Source: Balneolaceae bacterium
GTDB lineage: Bacteria; Bacteroidota; Rhodothermia; Balneolales; Balneolaceae
Length of the DNA stretch: 53,408 nt
Direction of reading: 5' to 3'
NCBI GenBank assembly: GCA_007135335.1
Contig: SLJB01000188.1
Location: 1 to 53,408, forward strand
The translations under genes and the position numbers were made by a program. Of the stretch, positions 29,134 to 37,588 are shown one piece after another (within the stretch, counting starts at the first letter, position 1; each line of letters begins with the position of its first letter). Under the pieces are notes generated by a model. It was not told where the DNA came from. It did no database searches and saw only the letters and a program-made list of their open reading frames with translations.

Positions 29134-29991
29134 TTAGTCGTAATACTCAGGGAGCAGTCTTCTTTGCTGAAATTGCTCCATGCTATGCCCGAGCCAAATT
29201 TCACCATTTTCCCGGTCGCGTATCAGTTTCATTCGTTCAATGGCTTCCATTGCATCCTGAACACTCCACACAATTCCGGGAACAGTTCCTTGAAGGTTTT
29301 CAGGCATATAAGCTGCATCAGCCGCGAGAATTACAGTTCCTGTATTTGGGAGCCTCACTATTAGAGACTGGTGCCCCTGGGTGTGGCCTTTCGTATCAAT
29401 AAGTTCGATAGCGCCATCACCGAACAGATCAAGATCGTCAGTTACCTCAATGAAGTTGAAATTTCTGGTGTTTTTGTAATCATCCAATACATAAGCAGCG
29501 CGCTGAAACTGCTCCGGCCACCATGCATTTTTCAGCTCAGCTTTACGGACTATGTGAGTGGCATTGGGAAACATGCTGATGTTACCGGCATGGTCCAGGT
29601 GGAAATGAGAATGAATCACATATTTTACATCTGTAGTGGATTTACCGATTTGCTGAAGCCGTTCATCAATACCCTGATCGCGGGTCATACTTGGTATGAA
29701 TGCCTGCGATACGGGGCCCCAATACTCAGCACCGTTGTCAGGAACTACATCAACACTCATCCCCGTATCGAAAACAACAAGGCCTTTAGGATGGTCGATG
29801 ATATACATAGGCACAGGAATATCAATCATAGTGCCGTGGTTAGTCATAGCTGTAAGCCAGCCCTGATCAAGTTCAAGCTCACCACTTGTTGTTACGTACA
29901 TTTTGATATCGCTATCCTGAGCATGGGTAGATGAGAGAAGAGCAAACATCAATAAGAGGGAAATTGCAGCTGAAAAAAGATATTTAATCAT
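29134..29991 (-). CDS. Exported metallo-beta-lactamase-fold lactonase (AiiA/AttM N-acyl homoserine lactonase family)
   Basis: Sec signal (..SSTHA-QD), FDTG, HxHxDH motif HFHLDH, GHTQGH, ADAAY (bridging Asp plus Tyr) and a C-terminal GH. Confidence 0.9.
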   Translation of the reverse strand: MIKYLFSAAISLLLMFALLSSTHAQDSDIKMYVTTSGELELDQGWLTAMTNHGTMIDIPVPMYIIDHPKGLVVFDTGMSVDVVPDNGAEYWGPVSQAFIPSMTRDQGIDERLQQIGKSTTDVKYVIHSHFHLDHAGNISMFPNATHIVRKAELKNAWWPEQFQRAAYVLDDYKNTRNFNFIEVTDDLDLFGDGAIELIDTKGHTQGHQSLIVRLPNTGTVILAADAAYMPENLQGTVPGIVWSVQDAMEAIERMKLIRDRENGEIWLGHSMEQFQQRRLLPEYYD

Positions 29992-30132
29992 AGTTGAAAC
30001 CGGTTAGAATTAACGATTTAAAAAAGCGCTTCCGTGATTTTAGTAAAATGAATCCACGATCGCAACTGCAATACGAAATGTTTACATTTTGATATAAATT
30101 GTTCACTTCATTCAACTTATTAAGGAGACATT

Positions 30133-30927
30133 ATGAAAAAAAGAATCAGAGCTGTTCAGCAGATACTGCAGGAAATGGGGTTGTATAATGGCCAAATTGA
30201 TGGAATTGCCGGGCCAATTACCAGAAAAGCTATACAAACCAACCAAGAAATTGATCCAGCCCTGCCCATGACTCGCCAGATTACTGCATTCATACAGATT
30301 GAAGCAAAAAAGAGAGGGATCGATGCCGGACCTGTCGATGGCCTTTGGGGGCCGAGAACCTCCGCTGCTTTTGATGAGCTCCTCTATCAACTGGAATATG
30401 AAACCCCGCAACCGGTATGGAGGCCCGACGAGATTTCCATACCAAACCCCAACAATTGGCCCGTGCAGCAAACGGATCAATTTCTAAATGTTTTCGGGGA
30501 GAGAGGTTCTCAGCTTGTAATGATCAATCTGCCCTATGAAATGAAACTATCCTGGGATTTGCGCATCCGAACCCGACGTACTCAGTGCCATACCAAGGTT
30601 GCTGACAGCCTCGGGCGCATCCTGCAGAAGGTTCTTGAAATCTATGGGGAAGATGAGATCAGCAATCTTCAGCTCGATCATTTTGGTGGTTGCTATAATG
30701 ACAGGGTTATGAGAAACGGAACGGCATGGTCTATGCACGCATGGGGATTAGCCCTCGATTTTGATCCTCGGCGGAATGCTCTTAACTGGGGGCGTGATCG
30801 AGCCGCACTTGCCCGCCCTGATTATTATGATTGGTGGAAATGCTGGGAAGAGGAGGGGTGGATAAGTCTTGGGCGAAAACGCAATTTCGATTGGATGCAT
30901 GTGCAAGCTGCCAGGCTGCCTGAGTAG
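30133..30927 (+). CDS. Peptidoglycan-binding domain + M15 family metallopeptidase
   Basis: Two PG-binding motifs (IDGIAGPIT, VDGLWGPRT) and M15 motifs YNDR..SMHAWGLALD..DWMHVQ. Confidence 0.88.
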   Translation: MKKRIRAVQQILQEMGLYNGQIDGIAGPITRKAIQTNQEIDPALPMTRQITAFIQIEAKKRGIDAGPVDGLWGPRTSAAFDELLYQLEYETPQPVWRPDEISIPNPNNWPVQQTDQFLNVFGERGSQLVMINLPYEMKLSWDLRIRTRRTQCHTKVADSLGRILQKVLEIYGEDEISNLQLDHFGGCYNDRVMRNGTAWSMHAWGLALDFDPRRNALNWGRDRAALARPDYYDWWKCWEEEGWISLGRKRNFDWMHVQAARLPE

Positions 30928-30965
30928 CCTTGTTCGATAAGTTGAATCCAGAAAATTTTGCCAAT

Positions 30966-30994
30966 AAAAAACCCGATACAAAGACCGGGTTTTT
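30966..30994. terminator. Bidirectional intrinsic terminator between the M15 peptidase and susD
   Basis: AAAAAACCCG-N10-CGGGTTTTT between convergent genes. Confidence 0.6.
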
Positions 30995-31049
30995 CAAACG
31001 ATTGTAATTTAGTGATAACCGGCAAGATCAAATCCTGCAGGGTAGATTA

Positions 31050-32954
31050 CTACTGCGCCCACCATAATGGTGTTAGTACTTCATCAGGGCCATTTAAATA
31101 CCCAACAGCCTGCTCATACCCGGCCGGGTTTTCATTTGACAATCTGGATGGATAACGTAAGCGCTGAGGGAAAAAGGATCTTCTGCTTTCCATATAATTT
31201 CCCTGGTTCAGATCCGGCAGATTCACGATTGGCAGTTCTACTGAAGGATTCTCAAAGAATGGGAGCCCCAGCCTGCGGTGATCATTCCATGCTTCTAAGG
31301 GTAAGTAGGGAAGCTGAGCTAAATATTTTTGAGTAATCACTTTAGTAAGATGGTCGTTTTTCACATTTCCATTTGCATACAGATGATTATCCGGATAATT
31401 GAACTGATACACACCCTCCTCATTTGTGTACCCATTTACATACGTTTTACTAACTGTTGATGGAGGTTCCGTGGTATGATCCCAGCTAACGGATGTGCCT
31501 GCTCGGTTGTAGCTTTCAGATCGAATATATTCATCAAAAAACTGATCTGAGTCCCAATATGCTAAACTTGCACGAATACCTTCTTCATAGGCAGTTTTAG
31601 CATCCATAGGCACACTCCAGCCCCTGATACCGGCTTCGGCTATTAGAAAATGAGTTTCCCATGCAGCAAAAAATATCCGATCTTCACTCCCTGAACGGAA
31701 TCTTTGGCTGAGACGAGGTGATGTTCCCGCATACCCTGCCAATTGATTTCTCGGTGCTTTATTCCCCCAGTTGCCTAAAGGTACTGCATTCCAGTGCCCG
31801 GTGGCATCTACAGTTTTCATGACTTCACCATCTTCATCCATCAGATTTCGCTGAACGGTAAAGGCATCCTGTGTCCAGGATGGGAAATGGCTAAACCCTG
31901 AATTATCGAACCAGCCGGGAATGATAAATGCTTTATAGGCTCTTGGATCGATTTGATTGGGAAGACCATCAAGCCAAAATCCGGCAGTCGGATCATTTGT
32001 ATATGTGCCCAGATGATTTTCCAACCTCAGACCCATATATTCAGCAGGTTTTATATAGTTATGGAAACTTTCCGGTACTTGTCTTTCTGTGGGAATCCCA
32101 CCCAGGCCCAAGTATAAATTATTCATAGTTGCCGAAAGAACCTGCGCGTTCCACTCGCGTGACATCACCGCTGTGAGATCATCCCAGCCGCCGCCTTCCT
32201 CAACTGTGAATGCGTGGTCGGCATGTGTGATGATTAGCCCGGATGCAGCATCCTCAAATTCTGACTGAGCTCTCGCCGGCTCTACTTCTGATAACCTCAT
32301 AGCAAGCCTCATTCTCATGGAATTGCCATATCTAACCCAGTTTTCAAGATTGAAACCGTAGGCTTTATCAAACCTGTCGATGCTTGACGGAATCGGTGTG
32401 TTCATATCAATCTGAGCTACGGCATCTTTTAGCTCTTCCAGCATGTACGAATAAACAGATGCCACATCTCTGAATTCAGGGTTCTCTCCCTGAAAGCCAT
32501 CAATCGGCATTGGGCCAAAGTTATCCGTGAATTCACTCATCAGATATGTACGCCAGATGCGTGCAACCTGAATCAGATTGTTAGTGTATGCGAAATTTAC
32601 ACCTTCTGAAATCTGCTCTTCTCCCACGGAAACGGCAAGATTGGCAGTTCGAAGCCATCTCGACAGCGAACCATAATAATCGTTGGTCCAGCCATCATTA
32701 TATGAACCTAATGCTAATGAACCGTTAGCCCGATGCTGCCTGCCTGCAGTTTTCCAGTAGAGAACAAAAGCTCGTTCAGCATCATGAGGATTCATTTGTG
32801 CCCCGGTAATCGAGGAGTTTATAAAGTATTCTACCTGAACCTGGTCGAAGCTTGCGGCTTTTGGATCTGTATTCACGTCCAGAAAACCATCAGAACATGA
32901 AACCAGGAATAGTATTCCGGCAATGATTGACGTAAGTATTGTTATTTTCTTCAT
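31050..32954 (-). CDS. SusD/RagB family outer-membrane lipoprotein
   Basis: Lipobox LVSC, FTDNFGPMP, GNSMRMRLAMRLS, ITQKYLA, EAWNDHRRLG and RLRYP. Lies directly downstream of susC. Confidence 0.93.
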   Translation of the reverse strand: MKKITILTSIIAGILFLVSCSDGFLDVNTDPKAASFDQVQVEYFINSSITGAQMNPHDAERAFVLYWKTAGRQHRANGSLALGSYNDGWTNDYYGSLSRWLRTANLAVSVGEEQISEGVNFAYTNNLIQVARIWRTYLMSEFTDNFGPMPIDGFQGENPEFRDVASVYSYMLEELKDAVAQIDMNTPIPSSIDRFDKAYGFNLENWVRYGNSMRMRLAMRLSEVEPARAQSEFEDAASGLIITHADHAFTVEEGGGWDDLTAVMSREWNAQVLSATMNNLYLGLGGIPTERQVPESFHNYIKPAEYMGLRLENHLGTYTNDPTAGFWLDGLPNQIDPRAYKAFIIPGWFDNSGFSHFPSWTQDAFTVQRNLMDEDGEVMKTVDATGHWNAVPLGNWGNKAPRNQLAGYAGTSPRLSQRFRSGSEDRIFFAAWETHFLIAEAGIRGWSVPMDAKTAYEEGIRASLAYWDSDQFFDEYIRSESYNRAGTSVSWDHTTEPPSTVSKTYVNGYTNEEGVYQFNYPDNHLYANGNVKNDHLTKVITQKYLAQLPYLPLEAWNDHRRLGLPFFENPSVELPIVNLPDLNQGNYMESRRSFFPQRLRYPSRLSNENPAGYEQAVGYLNGPDEVLTPLWWAQ

Positions 32955-32967
32955 GTCTATAATTGTT

Positions 32968-35900
32968 TTAGTACGATACAGTTAAATTGAATAAGAATGA
33001 TCTGGATGTGGGAGGCGCTGCATTTTCAAATCCTAATGCATTCGTTCCGGTTGCAAATACTGATTCAGGATCGTATCCGTTGAGATGGCTGGTAATAAGC
33101 CACACATTATTAACAGTAGCACCTACCCGCAAACCTTGTACCGGTAAATTTTCTATCAATCTGCTCGGGAGATCGTAGTTCATAGATACGTATCTGAGCC
33201 TGATATTGGTTGCGTCGTAGATGTTGGCCTCGTTGATACCCAAATTACCTGTACCGGCAACTACGGTCCAGTACTGCTGCTGAGTAATTTCAGTAGTATT
33301 CGGGCTGAACGATCCATCGCCATTCTGAATAACTCCCTCTACCACCATGTTTTGCCTTTCTCCTCCGGGAGCAGTCACTGCTGCGGTTCCCATGAGCTGC
33401 ATTTGCTGGTTAGTTTGTGAGAATATTTCTCCCCCAATCCGGGCATCAACCAGGAAGCTTAAACTCAGGCCTCTGTAGCCAAATGTATTGGTAACACCCA
33501 TAAGTGCAGTTGCCTGCTGGTTGCCCAACCGAACATTTTGGTCGGCCAGTGGGAAACCATTTGAATCAACTATTTTCTGGCCAAAATATGGGCTTGATTC
33601 ATCTTCAACCCTCCTGAATCCGGATCCATATATTTCACCAAACAGTTCACCTGTTTCTGCACGGATCGACAGGTTATCAAATCCTCCAAGGCTATAGAAA
33701 TCTACCCCATCATAGAGTTTGATAATTCTGTTTCTGTTTGTTGAAAAGTTGAACTGTGTATTCCACTGAAACCCTAAGCGGCTCTCTACCAAATTTGCAT
33801 TTATCATTAATTCAACCCCTTTATTCTCGATATCACCGGCATTGATCAGCCTGGCACTAAAGCCGCTGAGCGGATCCATCGGAATAGGCAGTAATTGGTT
33901 CGTGGAATTGGATTGATACCAGGTAAAATCAATTCCTAATCGATTATCGAAAAATCGAAAATCGACTCCAACTTCTCTTGAAGTAATTAACTCACTTTTC
34001 ACATTGGGATTGAACAACACGTTCCGGCTGTCTGCTGTGGTATTTCCTCGCGGATCGTTCCCAATTGAAAACGTATTAAAGAGCTGATAAGGCTCGAGTG
34101 CATTACCCACCTGAGCTACAGATCCTCTGACGCGTGCAAATGTAAGCCATGTCGGCAGCGACACATCCATACTCCTCAACATATCAGTAAATACTAATGA
34201 AGCACTTACTGATGGATAAATAAATGACCGGTTATCGGTACTCAGAGTTGATGCCCAGTCGTTCCTTAAAGTGCCCTCAAGGTAAAAATAGTTATCCCAG
34301 TTGAATTCAAGCATTCCGTATAGTGAAAGGATCCGTTTTTGAGAAAAATATTCATTTACAGTTGGGTTAGTTGTACTGTTGTTAAGTGCAAAAAGATTTG
34401 GAACCTCAAGCTGTCCTGCATTTGAAGAGATTCCTTCACTTTCTTGCAGCATCACATTCCCTCCCAAACTTCCTGAAACACCCAACCTGTCAAATAGATT
34501 ATCCTGATTTGCTGAAATCAGATAACTAAAATTATGCTCAAAGAATGTGTCTTTACCCATGCTAAACTGACCCCCTGTTGCAAGCGGGCCGCCTGCATAC
34601 ATTCTTCGTTCAGTATTTGTGGTGTATAAATCAGAACCGGCCGTTACTTCAGCTCCAATCCAGTCAGCAAACTGATGGCTAACCGTTGCCTGAAGTAAAA
34701 AGCGGTCACGTGTATCTTTATTCAGGTTGTTATTTACAGTCCAGTGAGGATTGAGCTGCATGCTACCGCCATACCAAATCATGTTGCCATTCGCATCAAC
34801 GGATGGGTCAAACTGCCGTATATCCATACTAACAGGCAGCCTGTACATTGTGAAATATGGGTTTGATTGGTTGTGACCGAGTAATGGCCTGTTATTTGCT
34901 TCTGCATTGGAGTACTGAACTTTAGCATCAATAGACCAGTTATTATCTACACCAAAATTTGAAACAGCGCGCGTTGTAAGGTTTGTGCGCGTTAATTCCG
35001 TTCCGGGAATCATGCTGTTCTCGTTTCTCCGTGTAACAGACGTATAAATAGAGGTGTTTTCATAACCCTGCTGAAACGACAGATTATAGTTTTGGCTTAC
35101 ACCCGTGTCAAAATAGTTTCTGATATTATCATAGGATGCCATTTGAACCTGTCTGCCATCCCAGTTTTCAACTGTTTGACCCGCAATTCTTGGACCCCAG
35201 CTTGAGTTCGACTCATTATTAAAACTGTTCTCTGTTCCCTGCCCGAAAGTACGCTGCATTTCTGGGTTTGCAAATATACTCTCAATTCCAAGAGATGTGG
35301 AAAATGTAACTCCCAATCCGGGTCTGCTTTGGCCTGATTTTGTTGTAATCAAAATCACACCATTACCTGCACGCGCACCATACAGCGCAGCAGCTGATGC
35401 CCCTTTCAATACAGAAACACTCTCAATGTCATTTGTATTGATATCACCAAGACCATTCCCCATATCGAGAGAGGGGCTCCAGTAATCACTGTTATCAGGG
35501 CCCGTAAAGTTATTTATCGGTATTCCATCAACCACAATCAGAGGCTGATTATCACCCGTAAGAGATGAATGTCCTCTAAGCACTATTTGCGATGATCCTG
35601 CCGGGCCTGTGCTTGAACGAATTACCTGTAACCCGGAAACTTTTCCGGTGAATGCATTCGCCAGATTTGTCTCTCTCGATTCGAGAAGAGCGTCTCCCTG
35701 AATATCCTGAATTGCATATCCAAGTGATTTCCGCTCACGCGGAACACCAAATGCAGTTACAACAAGATCTCCAAGCTGCCCAACCTCCTGCTGCAGTCTG
35801 ATTGTAATGTTGCTTCTGCCATTTACATCAATAATTTGTACCCGATAGCCAATAAATGATACCCGAATCTGAACATCAGAACCGGATGCTGTAAAGCTAA

Positions 35901-36123
35901 ACTCGCCATCAGCATTCGTTACAGTTCCCGTTTGTGTGCCAACTTCCATAACATTGGCCCCTGGTATGGGCTCGTTGGTTTCACCATCAACAACCTGGCC
36001 GGATATTCCGAAACCCTGTGCTGACACAAAGTTCGGCAAACTCATCGCCAGACAAAGTACCAGACTCAGTAAGCCCGTCGCTTTTGCTGCCTTTTGTAAG
36101 ATATGATTGTACAAAGTGTGCAT
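32968..36123 (-). CDS. SusC/RagA family TonB-dependent transporter
   Basis: Signal peptide, N-terminal GQVVDGETNEPIPGANV domain, PLIVVDG, IESVSVLKGASAAALYGARAGNGVILITTK and a C-terminal aromatic residue. Confidence 0.96.
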   Translation of the reverse strand: MHTLYNHILQKAAKATGLLSLVLCLAMSLPNFVSAQGFGISGQVVDGETNEPIPGANVMEVGTQTGTVTNADGEFSFTASGSDVQIRVSFIGYRVQIIDVNGRSNITIRLQQEVGQLGDLVVTAFGVPRERKSLGYAIQDIQGDALLESRETNLANAFTGKVSGLQVIRSSTGPAGSSQIVLRGHSSLTGDNQPLIVVDGIPINNFTGPDNSDYWSPSLDMGNGLGDINTNDIESVSVLKGASAAALYGARAGNGVILITTKSGQSRPGLGVTFSTSLGIESIFANPEMQRTFGQGTENSFNNESNSSWGPRIAGQTVENWDGRQVQMASYDNIRNYFDTGVSQNYNLSFQQGYENTSIYTSVTRRNENSMIPGTELTRTNLTTRAVSNFGVDNNWSIDAKVQYSNAEANNRPLLGHNQSNPYFTMYRLPVSMDIRQFDPSVDANGNMIWYGGSMQLNPHWTVNNNLNKDTRDRFLLQATVSHQFADWIGAEVTAGSDLYTTNTERRMYAGGPLATGGQFSMGKDTFFEHNFSYLISANQDNLFDRLGVSGSLGGNVMLQESEGISSNAGQLEVPNLFALNNSTTNPTVNEYFSQKRILSLYGMLEFNWDNYFYLEGTLRNDWASTLSTDNRSFIYPSVSASLVFTDMLRSMDVSLPTWLTFARVRGSVAQVGNALEPYQLFNTFSIGNDPRGNTTADSRNVLFNPNVKSELITSREVGVDFRFFDNRLGIDFTWYQSNSTNQLLPIPMDPLSGFSARLINAGDIENKGVELMINANLVESRLGFQWNTQFNFSTNRNRIIKLYDGVDFYSLGGFDNLSIRAETGELFGEIYGSGFRRVEDESSPYFGQKIVDSNGFPLADQNVRLGNQQATALMGVTNTFGYRGLSLSFLVDARIGGEIFSQTNQQMQLMGTAAVTAPGGERQNMVVEGVIQNGDGSFSPNTTEITQQQYWTVVAGTGNLGINEANIYDATNIRLRYVSMNYDLPSRLIENLPVQGLRVGATVNNVWLITSHLNGYDPESVFATGTNALGFENAAPPTSRSFLFNLTVSY

Positions 36124-36310
36124 ATATTTTACCGTTTTTTTTGCTGGTTTATGTGATTACTCAAAGAAGTCTGTTTACTTCTTATTATAAATACACTGTC
36201 GTTTTTTACATCTCATCATTCCGATTTTAAATACAATAATTGAAGACAGCGTATTCATTTAACAATTTCATAATACGATATAAGTATACACAACAGAAGA
36301 TCAGAAACAA

Positions 36311-36328
36311 TTTGGAACCGGTTCCAAA
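36311..36328. promoter_or_regulatory. Perfect 18-bp palindrome TTTGGAACCGGTTCCAAA, LacI-family-type operator
   Basis: Exactly self-complementary with a central CG and a TGGAAC-CG-GTTCCA layout. It sits between divergent susC and the CBM9-like gene. Confidence 0.75.
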
Positions 36329-36415
36329 ATTGATTTTATGTTTAACAAAATTATCCATTAGTACTTATATACCCATAACAAGATTAGTTCAAACATCACA
36401 CTGTGTCACGGCATT

Positions 36416-37549
36416 ATGGAACCAGTCAAAGAACTTATTTCACCTTTGATACTCACGGTACTTTCTATGGTAATAGCTGTGAATCCGGCAGCTTCCCAGG
36501 AAGTCAGAACCCCGGAAATTCCTTTTAATCCGGAAACTTATGTTGTTTACAAAACTGAAAATCCTTTAGCCATAGATGGAGATCTCTCAAAACAAGCATG
36601 GAAAAAGGCAGAATGGACATCCCTATTTGTTGATATAAGAGGTGGAGATTACCCCGCTCCCCGCCTTGATACCCGGGTAAAAATGCTATGGGATGATGAC
36701 TATTTCTATTTCGCGGCCAAACTTGAAGAGCCGCATATTTGGGCTACAAAAACCGAGCGCGATGCTGTTATTTATATGGATAACAATTTCGAAATATTCA
36801 TCGACCCAAACGGTGATACCCATAACTATTACGAACTTGAAGTAAATGCACTCGGCACCTATTGGGATCTCATGCTTACAAAACCTTACAGAAATGGCGG
36901 ACGCGCAATTGATGCCTGGGATATAAAAGGACTGAAAATCGGAATTGAACTTCAGGGTACTATCAATAACCCCTCGGATATGGATGTGGGGTGGACTGTT
37001 GAAATTGCCATTCCCTGGAATGTACTGCTTGAAGCCACTCAGGATGGCATGCCGGCTGATGGAACCCAGTGGAGGGTGGCCTTTTCTCGCGTGCAATGGC
37101 AAACCGAAGTTATTGATGGAGAATACATAAAATTGAAAGATCCCTTAACGGGACGTGATCTGCCTGAAGATAACTGGGTATGGTCTCCTCAGGGACTTGT
37201 AAATATGCACTTTCCTGAAATGTGGGGTTTTGTTCAGTTCACTGAAATATTTGCCGGTGAAGGCAAAGTTCTTTTTAAACAGAACCCTGATGAACGTTAT
37301 AAGTGGCTCCTGAGAAAGCTCTATTACGCACAGCAAGAGTACCGGATAAACCAAGGAGAATATGCAACTGACAAAGAATCTCTAAATTACCGAGGAATTG
37401 TAAAAAATCTTTTTGGTGATGAAGCCCCACCTCCTAATATAACCATGCAGGTGCTTGACAACCACTACATTATTCGGCTTCAGCCTGAAAATATGGAAAC
37501 CAATTTCTACATCCGCAGCGACAGCAAAGTCTGGAAAACCCATCGCTGA
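36416..37549 (+). CDS. Exported CBM9-like (DOMON-like sugar-binding) domain protein
   Basis: Signal peptide, IDGDLS..W, KMLWDDDYFYF, NFEIFIDP, YYELEVNALGT, WTVEIAIPW and NWVWSPQG..MHFPEMWG. Confidence 0.85.
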   Translation: MEPVKELISPLILTVLSMVIAVNPAASQEVRTPEIPFNPETYVVYKTENPLAIDGDLSKQAWKKAEWTSLFVDIRGGDYPAPRLDTRVKMLWDDDYFYFAAKLEEPHIWATKTERDAVIYMDNNFEIFIDPNGDTHNYYELEVNALGTYWDLMLTKPYRNGGRAIDAWDIKGLKIGIELQGTINNPSDMDVGWTVEIAIPWNVLLEATQDGMPADGTQWRVAFSRVQWQTEVIDGEYIKLKDPLTGRDLPEDNWVWSPQGLVNMHFPEMWGFVQFTEIFAGEGKVLFKQNPDERYKWLLRKLYYAQQEYRINQGEYATDKESLNYRGIVKNLFGDEAPPPNITMQVLDNHYIIRLQPENMETNFYIRSDSKVWKTHR

Positions 37550-37588
37550 ATTCCATCTGACAATGAAACCCAAATAATTAACCCGATC

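Noticed and set aside
29371-29934. 187-aa plus-strand ORF
   Set aside because: It is antisense to the lactonase, which carries a complete catalytic motif set.
30133-30927. Prophage remnant around the endolysin-like gene
   Set aside because: There is no integrase, holin, structural gene or att-like repeat nearby.
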